Shown in pieces: positions 1-12,511 of a DNA stretch of 64,000 nt. Within the stretch, counting starts at the first letter, position 1, and every line of letters starts with the position of its first letter. A model generated the notes under the pieces. That model was not told where the DNA came from, searched no databases, and saw only the letters and a list, made by a program, of their open reading frames with translations. This stretch comes from Azolla caroliniana (Eukaryota; Plantae; Polypodiophyta). The translations under genes and the position numbers were made by a program. The DNA is taken from positions 12,276,001 through 12,340,000 of the forward strand of contig JBHGNT010000016.1 in assembly GCA_043228905.1 (NCBI GenBank). Direction: 5' to 3'.

Positions 1-708
1 CGAGCTCAGGCCAGCATAAATGAAAGCACGGAGAAGCTCTGGAGGGAATGGGCACAACAGGCAGCTGAACTACAGATACTCCGAGCTGATGCAGAAAATC
101 GGAAGAAAAACGGAGATGGGTTCTATAAAATGGACGAAGAAAGTATCGTCAACATCCGGGAAGAACTGTCGGAGGATTTCTATGCTCTAGCAGAAGAGCA
201 TCTCAAGGAAATCCGAGGGTTAGTAGAGAGGTTGGATGACGGATAGCTCGAAACCCAACTAGAATTGGAAGGGTACGAGAAGGACCGACTGCGACAGGAA
301 GCCGAGGGACACACAACGCCGATCTCCATTAGTGAGGGCGAGCGACCGGCTGAAGAGGATCCAACCAACAATGCACCCCGACAAGAATTACCCGAGGAAG
401 AACTTCCGGAGCAAGAGCAGGTTGATGCCGGGGATGATGCAGAGTGGAGACAGAGAAGTACCGAATCCGGGGAGGAAAGGACACAACCAGTGGAAACCGG
501 AGAGAGCGATACCGGGAACGGAACGGAGGTGGACCAGGACAGACCCGGACAGGATACAGAAGAAACACCGGTACCACCGGTACAAGCAGAGTCGGAGCAG
601 CAAGAGGCGAAAAGGCAGCCAATCCAATCGGACGTCGGGGACGGCACAGGCGAAACAACACTTGAAACCTCGGAGCGGAGTTTGCCTGATAATTTGGAGG
701 AAGACTGA
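1..708 (+). pseudogene. C-terminal part of the extra (post-pol) ORF of a Gypsy element, family A, a diverged relative of family B
   Basis: Translation GFYKMDEESIVNIREELSEDFYALAEEH matches GFYKLNEESIAVVREDLAQDYRALADQH in ORF 47089..47703; acidic tail; one internal stop; ends TGA 706-708. Confidence 0.75.
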
Positions 709-714
709 AGCCGG

Positions 715-756
715 CTGTGGGTTCGAAGTGCAATGCACTTTCCCACGGGCGTGCCA
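715..756 (+). other. tRNA-Arg-like 3' half at the PPT position of family A
   Basis: CTGTGGGTTCG-AAGTGCAATGCACTT-TCCCACGGGCGTGCCA, followed by TG and then the LTR start TGTTGG. Confidence 0.7.
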
Positions 757-758
757 TG

Positions 759-1138
759 TGTTGGCCGGTCAGAAAAGGCAAATGGGAAAGCAAGGTCGGA
801 TCGGATAAATATAGAAATAGGAATAGAATTATTAGGAGGGACGGATCCGGTAGTTGTAACCGATCCGGATCCGAACCGATTCGGTTTCGGTTAACGGTTG
901 CCTACCGAGCACCGATTGTAATCTGGCCGGATGCCTATAAAAGGATCCGATGTTTTGTAATGAAGGGCGAAGAATTAATATAGTTTTGCTTATGCTGATT
1001 AATCTTGTCTTCGTCTGTGCTTAAGTGTAATTATCATACGCGTGTATTAACATCCTATCCCTACCACCCCTTTGGAGAAGTGTCGGATAGACACCTGTGT
1101 TGAGGCTAGTCCAGCCATACATACAACAAACACCAACA
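759..1138 (+). repeat. 3' LTR of the family A Gypsy element
   Basis: TGTTGG...CCAACA inverted termini, TATA-like CCTATAAAAGG near 934, same position relative to the extra ORF as the family B LTR. Confidence 0.65.
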
Positions 1139-1349
1139 TATTCACACTCACAAAGTAACTAACAGTCTCACAAAACAACATAATGAACATGAAATATTTT
1201 CCATCATAAAAACATGAACATAATTATCTTGTCGAAACATCATAGAGTTCCATTACATAATGTGGATCAAGCAACAACCAATCTGAGGTTTTACTTGTCC
1301 AAATAGATCATAGTAAAACTTCATAAAACCCTAGGAAAATCGCTAACAA

Positions 1350-4300
1350 TCATATCCCACTAATAAGTATTTCGCTCCAATTCAAGAGCACCTTGACCGA
1401 GTAGCTGGTCTTTTCCCCGATCATGGCTCCTTCTTCAGCCTTTTTCTAGCCGGTTGCCCATTTAGCCTTGCTTCTTTGACCCATTGCACAAGTGTGTCCT
1501 CCTCCACAACCTTTCCATCATCTCAGCAGCGGCTTGCAGGTCAGCCGCGTCTTGCACTAGCATTTCCAGTACAGTGGGATATGTTTGGACATTATCAGTA
1601 GTTGGGCTCAGTGGGGTGGAATCAAGGTTTTGGGATTCGAAGAAATGTTGCATCAAGTGTTCAAAAACACTATTGTTGTGAACCTCAGATTTACATGCTT
1701 TTTCCAATATTTCATGGCTTTTCACAGCGTTGCCTAATTCATTACCATCTTCCAAAAGAATAGGGTGGAGCTTATCTAAAGGAGATGTGATAGCAGGACT
1801 CTTACTTTCAGCCATGTTGGCAACTATCTCCTTATCGGTTGCAGCGTCATCAACACCAGACAGCTCATGCGCCCTCCTGAATCCACAAGATTCTACAACA
1901 ACATGGTCACTAATTAGCTACATCTGAGCTAACTAGCTATTCTTCTAGACTACGACAATAGCTAATTAGCTACTTCGTTTAGGTATGGTACTAGCTAATT
2001 AGCTACTCAACTAAAGTATGGTACTAGCTAATTATCCACTATAACTAAAGTATGGTACTAGCTAATTAGCTACTACTTAGCTAATTAGTTATTGTACTAA
2101 TTTATGGTAGTAGCTAATTAGCTACCACTTAGCTAATTAGCTATTGTACTAAACTATGATAGTAGCTAATTAGCTACTCAGCTAAAGTATGGTGGTCGCT
2201 AACTAGCTACCATTTAGCTAATTAGCTATTGTACTAAAGTATGGTACTAGCTAATTAGCTCCCACTTATCTAATTAGCTATTGTACTAAACTATGGTAGT
2301 ACCTAATTAGCTAACCGGGAGCTAATTAGCTACTCAACTAACGTATGGTAGTAGCTAATTCGCTACCACTTAGCTAATTAGTTGTTGTACTAAACTATCG
2401 TTGTAGCGAATTCGCTACCACTTACATAATTAACTACTCTGCTAAAGTATGGTAGTAGCTAATTAGCTAAGTGGTAGCTAAATAGCTATTGTACTAAACT
2501 ATGTTAGTAGCTAATTATCTACGACTTAGCTAATTAGCTACTGTACTAAACTATGGTAGTACCTAATTAGCTACCATTTAGCTAATTAGCTATTGTATTA
2601 AACTATGGTAGTTGTTAGTTAGCTAAGTGGTAGCTAATTAGCTACTTAGCTAATGTATGCTTAGATAATTAGCTACTGTACTAAACTATAGTAGTAGCTT
2701 ATTAGCTACCACTTAGCTAATTAGCTACTGTACTAAACTATGGTAGTAGCTAATTAGCTACCACTTAGTTAATTAGCTACTGTACTAAACTATAGTAGTA
2801 GCTAATTAGCTATTGTATTAAAACTATGGTAATAACTTATTAGCTACCACTTAGCTAATTAGCTACTCAACTAACGTATGGTAGTAGCTAATTAGATAAT
2901 GTACTAAACTATGGTAGTAGCTAATTAGCTTCCACTTAGCTAATTAGCTACTCAACTAAAGTATGGTAGTAGCTAATTAGCTACTGTACTAAACTATGAT
3001 AGTAGCTAATTAGCTAATGTACTAAACTATGGTAGTAGCTAATTAGCTACTGTACTAAACTATGATAGTAGCTAATTAGCTAATGTACTAAACTATGGTA
3101 GTAGCTAATTAGCTACTGTACTAAACTATGGTAGTAGCTAATTAGCTAATGTACTAAACTATGGTAGTAGCTAATTAGCTACTAAGCTAAAGTATTGTAG
3201 TAGCTAATTAGCTAACTGGTAGCTCCACTTAGCTAATTAGTTGATCAACTAAACTGTGGTAGTAGATAATTAGCTACTATATTCAACTACGGTAGTAGCT
3301 AATTAGCTACTTAGTTACTCCACTAAACTATGGTAGTAGTTAATTAGCTACCACTTAGCTAATTAGCTACTGTACTAAACTATGGTAGTGGCTAATTGGC
3401 TACCACTTAGCGAATTAGCTACTCAACTAAAGTATGGTAGTAGCTAATTAGCTACCACTTAACTAATTAACTACATGTTAGGTAATTAGATACTACACTA
3501 CAACCATAACAGCTAAATAGTTTCCACACTTTATACAGCTTACCTAATTAGCAAAGATGGAACAAACTAGCTACACTATGGTCACAAGCAACAACTTTAC
3601 TTGTGTGTTTTCTCCACTCATCTAGGAGAGTTGAATTACAATCCCCCAAACAGAATGCAACAATGCGACATGCATATTGAAAACAAACGATATGGTATGT
3701 GTGCTAGCATGGTTGTAGGTGAACCAACAGAGTAGCAGATTTGTCCTCTACACGTAACCCACAAGCAATGCAATGTGTTTGAACAGTCAATATATTGTTT
3801 CCTGGTTCTCCTTCATTTGGTAAGGGAGCAAGAATGTTCAGGTTCAATTCTTGTCTGCTCCTTACCATCCCCTCCACAAAATGTAGCTACTTCTTAAGGC
3901 AACTAACTACCTGTTGTTGATGGGAGTATTGTTCCTTTAATGAAGTTGAGAAATTTACCGATTAATTATTTCTTAATGAGGAAGATACAAGAACAAGAAA
4001 CAAGAATCATTAACTTACTTGTAGCTTTTCCAAATTGTAATCAGTGACGGTATTTACATCTAGAAGGTCCAGGTTCTTGGAAAGAACCTGGATCTCTGTC
4101 TGCAGTTGAATTTTCCGTTGGGGATCCAGCGACCCCTCAATTTCAAGTTCATGTTGAGCAACCTATTCCAGATAATGCCTCAGTAGCACATTTTCATGTA
4201 CAAGTTATTTATAACATATTACATACTAGAAAAACAATAGGGACCTGAATCTTATTTCTTATTGTTGTAACTACCAAAGTGACTTTGCTCTCCATCACAA

Positions 4301-5482
4301 CAGCCAATGTTGCTTTCTCTAAATCAGTCTTAAAAAACTCCAATGTCTCACCTTTATCATCGACATTGGCTTTCATTGTGTGTCGGTATGGCGTATACTT
4401 GCGGGTTTGTTGGGAGTCGGCAGTTGCATCATCAACTGCCATGCTCCAAAATTTTGCCATTTTTTGTTGCAAGCTCCCCATCTTCCAACATCTTTCTACC
4501 GATGCCTCACCATAAATTGCCCAAGCTACCCTGTACATTTCAGGGTCACGAGATTCCTTCGCTGTTTTGCAATACTCGTATGCAAAAGCTCTGGCAAATG
4601 GAATGGACAACTCGTTGTTGACCGGGATGTCTTGATGTACTTTCTGGTGCAATCTCATGTAGTCATCGTACATGTCTGGTCGTACATGCTTGAGCTTGAC
4701 CTTGCCTTTCACTCTAGGCACTTTATATATTGACATCCACTCTATATCACTAATCAATCTATCTGTTAGAACAATAGGGTCAATACCCTTGAGCGACAAA
4801 CCATATATGTTGTGAAAGTCCTCCTTTGTCTTGCAAAATTTTGCAAAGTTCAGCAAAATTACAACACTTTGAGACAGTAATCAGTTCTTTTCAACATGTA
4901 TTAGAAATCAACCACTTAAAAAATCAGAAACCCTAATCAAAATTTGTCTTCAAAATTGGTGCAAAATTACAACACATTGTGACAGTAATCAGAAATTTGT
5001 AATTAGAAATTTGTAACCAGAAACTTGTAATCTGAAATTTGTCATCAGAAACCCTAAACCACTGAAGGGAAACACAAACCATAATCATCACTAAAGGCAG
5101 AAATCAACAGTACTACGAAATTTTGTCAATCAGAAACACACATGTTGCTACACCCCGATCTTCAAGACATCCTTGTTTGGGATTCCAACAACTTCGCCCT
5201 ATTCAATTTTTGGGAAAGATGAATAGGCACCAAAGTTACAAACAGTTATCAGAAAGGAAAAAAAATGTTTTTTTAATATGTAACTGATACATACCTGCAT
5301 GAGGATCGACTTGCTCGTGTGTTGTAGCTCTGAAGGTGCAATGTCGATCTCAGATTTTTTGTGCTGCTGAGGGGGCTTCGTTTGTGTTCATGCTCAGAGT
5401 ACTCCATCTGTTTGGAGTTTGAACTCGAACTCAGGATTATCAAGATTTTGATGACATTCAAGTCGACCTTAGATGATGGCAC
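1350..5482 (-). pseudogene. Possible multi-exon gene or pseudogene of unknown function, perhaps a DNA-transposon accessory gene
   Basis: Minus-strand ORFs 5273..5482, 4209..4856 and 1462..1815; donor-like sites CAG|GTATG (~5294), CAA|GTAAG (~4018), CAG|GTAG (~3910), CAA|GTAAA (~3600); acceptor-like CTCAG|AT (~1924). No recognised domain. Confidence 0.35.
1905..3550. repeat. Minisatellite built on the palindrome TAGCTAATTAGCTA
   Basis: Dozens of core copies; 33-bp unit AGCTAATTAGCTAMTGTACTAAACTATGRTAGT most regular at ~2970-3180; shorter ~20-bp variants interspersed. Confidence 0.95.
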
Positions 5483-5689
5483 TATTCCCCATGTTCCACT
5501 ACGTTAGAAACCAAAGTTCAAATATTTGAGTATTCTCATAAATAAAATGACATGTATTTAACTAATAAAACATAAAATTTCGTAAACCATCCTTATGATT
5601 TTCCCACAAAAAACTAGCTAAACAAATAGTTAATTAGCTATGGCCATTTTAGTAGCTAATTAGCTATAATGGTATTTCCACTCGCATGC

Positions 5690-8600
5690 GTTTACCCAGT
5701 AGGGTTCGTGGGAACGTCTAGATGTGCATTCATCGTCCACCGAGGATCACAACCCGTATTGGCGAACAATGGGGAATATCCTATAGAAGAATGGGTTGCG
5801 TTGTTGTAAGCAAATTCCGCCAAGTGCAAAAAATCAACCCAATCATCTTGTTAATAGTTGATGAAACAACGAAATATTGCTCCAACGTCTAGTTGGTACA
5901 CTCAGTTTGGCCATTTGTTTCGGGATGATATCCCGAAGAAAGCTTAACTGAAATGTGAAGAAGTTTGAACATGTGCTTCCAAAAGTTTGAGATAAATTGT
6001 GGATCACAATCACTAATAATATCATCTAGCAGACCATGATGCTTAAATACCTCTTGCATAACGAGATCGGCTGCCTCTTGACTAGTAATCAACTTCGTAC
6101 ATGGCAAGAAATGTGCCATTTTGGTAAATCGATCAACCACAGTGAGAATTGCATCAAAACCTTTTGAAACTGGGAGATCAGTAATGTAATCCAAGGATAT
6201 AGACTTCCAAGGATTTTCCGGAATGGGAAGTGGTTGTAGTAAGCCATGCGATCAATGACGAGGACTCTTTGATCGACAACATATATCACAGCTAATACTC
6301 CTCAACAAAATGATGAAGGCGAGGCCACCAATAGCGTTGAGAAATTAATTCTAGAATCTTGCGAACTCCAAAATGACCAACCATTGGTGAGTCATGGCAA
6401 TGTTGTAAAACTTGTAGTCGTACGATCTGGGACGATATGATCCAAAACATCCTTGGCGAAATCATCAGTGGCCATATGATCTCGAATGGAATCAAGAAGA
6501 ATGGAATCTTCAAGAATTGTTATGGCATTAACTACCATTAATCGTAAGCAATTAGGACCCAAAAGGATTTGTTTTTGATGCTCAAATGCAGGTTCCCCTA
6601 GAAGAAGTTCCATATAAGAGAGCCAAGAAAGAGCATCTGCTTTGCCTTGCTGCATCCTAGGGCGATATATGATGATAAAGTCGAAGTGAGTCAAAACTTG
6701 CACCCACCAGGCTTGTCGCCGACTCAAGACTCGAGCATTTTGGAAATAAGTCAGGTTCTTATGATCATTGTAGACAATGATCTTCTGAGAAGAACCTTCT
6801 AGAAAATGTCACCATTGTTGAAACAAATCCACAATTGCAAGAAGCTCTTTGTCATGGATCTCATAGTTGCTCTCTGCAGCTTCAAACTTTCGTGAATGAA
6901 AGGTGACAGGGTGTAGTTGTCCATCATCTCCAGTCTGTGAGAGGACACTCCCTAGTGCAAAATCGGAAGCATCGGCTTCGAGGATGAAGCGTTTTGTTGG
7001 GTCAACATGTGCTAAGATAGGTGCCATTGTAAATGCTCGTTTTAAGCTTTCGAATGTCTCGACTGCATTTGAACTCCATATAAATGGCTGTTTTTTATGT
7101 GTGAGTTGAGTAAGTAGAAGCACAACCTTGGAATAATCTTTAATTCATTTTTCGATACAAATTTGCAAACACAAGAAAACATTGCACATCACGTACTGAA
7201 AGGGGCATTTGCCACTCTTAAATTTCCTGTACCTTCATGGGGTCCATAGCAATACCATCTGATGATACAACATACCCTAGAAATTCCACTTGATTCTGGC
7301 CAAAACTACACTTTTCTAATTTTGCGTAGAGACCATATTCTCGGAGTTGGCGCAGTACCTGATGAACATGTTCATCATGCTCCTCTTGGGTCTTCGAGTA
7401 GATTAAAATATCATCTAGGTAAATTATAGTGAAGGTATCAAGAAAATCTCGAAAAATATCATTTGCCATATGTTGGGAAACAACAGGTGCATTCATGAGA
7501 CCGAATGGCATCACAATATACTCAAAATGTCCATAGCGAGTGTGAAAAGTTGTCTTCCACTCATCCCCCAAGCGAATCCTAACTAGATTATATGCTCCGC
7601 GAAGGTCCAACTTTGTGAAATATTTTGCACCACTGAGACGTTCCAAAAGATTCGGGATTAACAGTAGAGCATATCTATTCCGGATGTCACTTTGTTTAGC
7701 CCTCGATAATCCACGACCAACCGAAGAGTCTCTTTCTTCTTCTTAACGAAGAAGATAGGTGCACTAGTAGGGGATCTAGAATGAATCCGTTTGCCAGATT
7801 CTCATCAATATATTCCTGCAAAGTCTCTAGCTCTACAGGGGAGAGATTATAAATTGGGCCCCATGGAGGTTCTTTCCCTGGTTGTAAGTCAATAGGGCAG
7901 TCGTATGGCCAATGCTCCGGCAATGTATTGGCGTTCACCTTATCAAAGACATTTGGCATCTCCTTGTATTTCTTTGGTAGTTTAATGTCCGCTTCACGTG
8001 AAGTGGATGATGGAGTTGCTACTATTGCAAAGACAAACATGGCCTCATTCCCTCTTTCCTCCCGCAATTGTCGTAAAGAGATGGTTGATAACTCTGGGGA
8101 TCTATTATCACATGTAGGAGAGAGGGATGCAAGGTTATTGCTTTTTTCCCGGGTCTCCTCAATTGTTCTTTTCATCCAATCAATCTTCGGGTTATGGAGT
8201 TCAAACCAAGGGAGACCTAGAACTATTGGGTGTTCCAGACTACGAATAATGTTGAAAGAGATTATGCTTGTCAAATCGCCAAGAACTATCCTCATTGGCT
8301 TAGACTCCTCGGCTATATCTCCTGATGCTATGGGACGTCCATCAATGACTCTTACGGCTCCCCTACGGCTACTGGGCTAGGAAGCTTATTCAAGAGGATG
8401 TTTTGTGACAAGGCAAAATTCATGATCCATGAAACAAGAGTTGGCTCCAGAATCTAGGAGGGCAGAGGCTAGGACTCGATGACATGTAAATGTGGTAAGC
8501 TCGACTTGTGCTGAAAAAACTCTACTCACTTGATTTGATGAAATGGAACCACGACTAGGAACTATACATAGCTAGGATGGTCTAGCCAAATGGCTCCTAT

Positions 8601-8871
8601 TTTGGTCGGACTTACTCGTTTAACACATCCTCTAATTGGCTCAAGACATTGAATCTATTCTCATGGCATGGACTATGAGGCTTACTTATGTTATTAGAAG
8701 AAACAATGGAACTCGATGTAAGGTTTTCATGGGCACTTACTTGGTATACTTGACGCCTAGGTTTATGTGGACAATTTACAACTATATGTCCTGGACCGCC
8801 ACAATACAGGTAGAGGCGATGTGCTTGACGTCGTTGCTTCTCAGCATCTGATAACGGCCCATGACATTGTG
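5690..8871 (-). mobile_element. Decayed Ty3/Gypsy internal region, Tcn1/Tf1-like (end of gag, PR, RT, RNase H, integrase)
   Basis: FTKLDLRGAYNLVRI, YLDD, DASDFALGSVLSQ, HDSPMVGHFG, DYITDLP, YHPETNGQTE in fragmented ORFs; many stops and frameshifts. Confidence 0.9.
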
Positions 8872-11800
8872 TTGACCTCCGTAACCGACCCGCAATCGTT
8901 CCTCATTGCGGAGATGGCCTCTACCTTTGCCGGAGACGGTTTCCTACCGTAAGGCCCGCATAGGGGTCCGACCACCAAGATCTCTGACTGCCTGAACGCC
9001 GATTTTTCTCCGGAGAAGGTGAGTTGTGCACTCTCGAGCTTCTGCAGCACCCTCTCGCTGTCGTTGATGTGGTTCACGATGAACCTCCGGCATCTGTCTG
9101 GCCCGACAGTCTCGTCCGCATCTTCCACTGGACGCCCCTTTATCGGGATGTCATCCAAGAATGGCATGGTGCTGTCCGGGATGCAGTCCCTCAGCACCTT
9201 GTTCATTGCGTTCACCATATGCGCCACCGAATTCGTCCCGCCTTGTGGTAGGGTACACATCCGTACTAGGCCGAGAGGAGTTCGCATCGTCGTGATATCC
9301 TTGCTCTCCACGGCTAGCTGGAACTGGTCGTACCCCGAGTATAACTCACCGACCGAATAGATCGACCTTCCAGCGAAGGCCTCCGCGAACTTGTCTATGG
9401 TCGGTCCGATTCCTGCATTACGGATGGTCACCCTGTTGACCGGTTGCAGGTCTTGAATGAAGCGCAACGTGTTGTTCTTCTTCGGCACCGTAAACCACTC
9501 ACCCGATCTCCTCCGGCGAGAACGCGAAGCCTTTCCCATGCCTTCCGAGCATTCTCCGAAAACTGTCCTCCTCTGCCGGTAGTAGAAAGCCACCCCCACC
9601 GACCTTGAGCTCCCATAGCATTATGTCAGTGAACAAGTGCCCTATGCCAACCGGATTCCGTAAACTTGGGTCCGACGCGACCCCTTTTATCCGCTCCTCG
9701 CTGCCCTCCGGCAAGGGTGCCATGACTGGCCTCACCTTCCGGTCCACAATCTTGTCCTTTGTATCCACGCGGGCCGTCCGATCCGACCCGATCCTTTCCC
9801 CGAAGTCCGCGATGACTTGGTACATTCCCATCACACTAACCGGAACGGTCCGGTCTTCTCTAAGGTCTTCACCGATCACCTTTCGCAACTCGCCCAAGGT
9901 GTCGTCAAAAGAGACCGCCTCCATGACGCCACTGATTTCTTCGTCGGGGGAGAGGACTCCACATCCCCTGAGCCGCTCCTCCACTCGCTTCCTCTCCCGG
10001 CCGCTGACGCCGGCTAAACTACAACCTCCGTTTTCGGAGAACCAAAACTTCCTACCTACTGTACATGTGTGGGGTTCTTCCGGTACGTCCGGACTACCGC
10101 GGCCCCACGCCTTGATAGCCCTCTCTAAAAATCCCCTCGGTGTTCGCCGCCGAGGGTCTCGCGATTCCTCTCATGGTTCGGACGTATGATCATGAATTGG
10201 ACGGAATGCCGACCGTCTTGGCTCTTGACGCACGCGTACGCCGAACCATTGTCCAGCACTTTCGTCTCCATGCGTGCTGCCGTAATGTACGGTTCGCCGA
10301 GAATCACCGGGTGCGAGGATGTTTCCTGCACGAAGAAATGTTGATCTATCTCGATGTCACCGATCTTTACGCGTACATTCGGGCACGCACCATACAGCTC
10401 CTCCGTAGCACGTGTCGCCGCGTGTATCTTCCACCCATGCTTGGTGTTGATAGGCCATTTACCCTTCTTGTAGAAATCCATGGACATCAAGTTGATTTCG
10501 GATCCATGGTCTACCAAGGCCACCACCGGTTCCGGAACGTCGCCGATCCGCACAGGGGTTTCCGTAGTTGCCCTGGCCCAATGCGGCTTCGTGTAGTGGC
10601 TTTCTGCCAACTCGTCTTCTAGCGCCGTGTCTTCTAAGCGCGTAGTCCGCACCTCCACCGGCTTCTCCGGTTCTGGCTCCGTCGAGAGCCTCTTCCACTT
10701 CACCAAGTCTACGATGGAGTCGTGGAACTCCCTCTTGGCGATTCCCAACACCTCCTGCAACGACAATTCCACTTTACTGTCGAGGATCCACTCTTCAAGG
10801 ACCTTTCGTAGGTCCATTGCTCTCTCGATTTCGGTGCTCAACCGAAACCCCGCCTGCTTCTTCCCATCCGGTGCGCCTGGGTTGTCGGCACCGGTCGGTT
10901 TCGGTCCGAACCGGGTCTCGTACCTCTGCGGGGGACCGACCCCTCTTGCCTTTCCTACCCATTTGTCTTCCACCAGAACCTCGTAGTTCTGGCAAGCGGT
11001 TTCTACGAAGCCCGTTTTCTCTTTGACCGGATCGTCCCATCCGGTGACCTCCTAGACCCGCTGTTCCTCGCGGTCCGCCTTTTCCTTCTTCAGCCGAACT
11101 CCGGAGAGGCCTTCTAGCACTAGCGGCCAGAATCCGGAGTCCTTCGCCTTCTGGGTCTCATCACCCCAGACCCGAATTCCCACCGACACTGAGTAGTTAA
11201 CGACTTCTATATGCCGTGCCGCGGCCTCTTCCATCAACCTCTTCATTCCGCCCCGCCCCGTATTCAATTCTAGGGTTGTCCGGGTCTCGCTCGCGTGCAC
11301 CCGCCTGTTCCAGAGGTACACCACGTTGGTCCTGAGTGCATCGGCGAAATCCGCGCAATCCTTCTGAATGTGACCGACCGCGTCACACCACATGCACCGC
11401 TGCCCAGCCGGCGGCCTCCGATCGCGAGGTTGTTCGCCGTTGTCTCTCCGGGCCTGTGCGATCTGCAGGTCGCACACCATCTGTGTCAGCTCCTCCAGAG
11501 CCACTCCTCCGGATGGGCCTTTGACCACGTCGTTCGATGCCGACCCCGAATCCAACCAAATTCGGGTTTCTTCCTTCCTACCGGCTGGCACCGATACCGG
11601 CTCCTCGAGCCTCCTCGCCGGGACCGGTCTTGACTCCGACAAGCTTTCGTCGCTCCACTCGCGCCGTTTGTCGAAACGGTTGCAAACCCGTTTTACCACG
11701 GCACAGTCTATAGTGAGCCCTTCGTCCGTCTCCAATAGGGGACCCACCTTTTACCTTTTCCCTGTCGAGCGAGCGCGTCCGCCGACTTGACAAACAGTGC

Positions 11801-12294
11801 TACTCGACTCGTTTCGAGCACGGTCTGGTCTAGTGTTGATAGCCGCGCGAATCATTTTTCAAACTCCTGGAGGAGCGCTGACGTGTTCCTCCCTTTTTCG
11901 GGGCTTTCCACCCACGCCATGAAGTCCCGCCTCGACAGCCGAAGCGAGTCATTAAACCCGTACTTCTCGAGGAGCTGCAGCTCGAACTCCTCCCAAGTCT
12001 GGCATCTGGCCAGCACCTCGAGCACCTCCGCGTGGATGCTCAGTGTCACCACCCGAGGGAATCCGGACAGCCGCTTGTCCACCGGGATATCCCTCATGAT
12101 CATTTTGGCCCGGTAAGCCTCTAGATAACTTGTGGGATTCTTCCCACCGAATCGGCCTATGCTGCCGACGATCGATTCAATGGCTTTGTCGAGGGTACCC
12201 GTCCCCTCGCGAGCACTCACCAGCCGTTCGACGACTACTGCCATTGCCTCTGCTAGCTCCGATCCCCTCATCTTCCGGCTCCTTTGCCAACTGT

Positions 12295-12311
12295 TCACAT
12301 CGGGTTCACCA
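12295..12311 (-). promoter_or_regulatory. Primer binding site, tRNA-Trp type
   Basis: Minus strand TGGTGAACCCGATGTGA, 4 nt from the LTR end; tRNA identity recalled, not searched. Confidence 0.75.
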
Positions 12312-12511
12312 AATATTTCATGAAGTTTCGCGTTCGCGTGTAGGAAGAGGCTGGACCACGGGGGTCTTGGACCAAGGAGAGAGTGAGAGAGAGAGAGAGT
12401 TGCAGATACACAGACAGAAATAAGAGCAAGAAACAGGAATCCGATTACTATAAACAGTAGCTTACAACTCGAACAATTAGAACCGACAAACCGGTAATGG
12501 ACCTGACACAG

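Noticed and set aside
180-983. Overlapping ORFs in other frames and strands
   Set aside because: Shadows of the GC-rich acidic tail of the extra ORF; only the frame ending at 708 has homology support.
1905-3550. CRISPR or telomeric array
   Set aside because: Linkers are themselves repeated, not unique, and there is no G-rich telomere motif.
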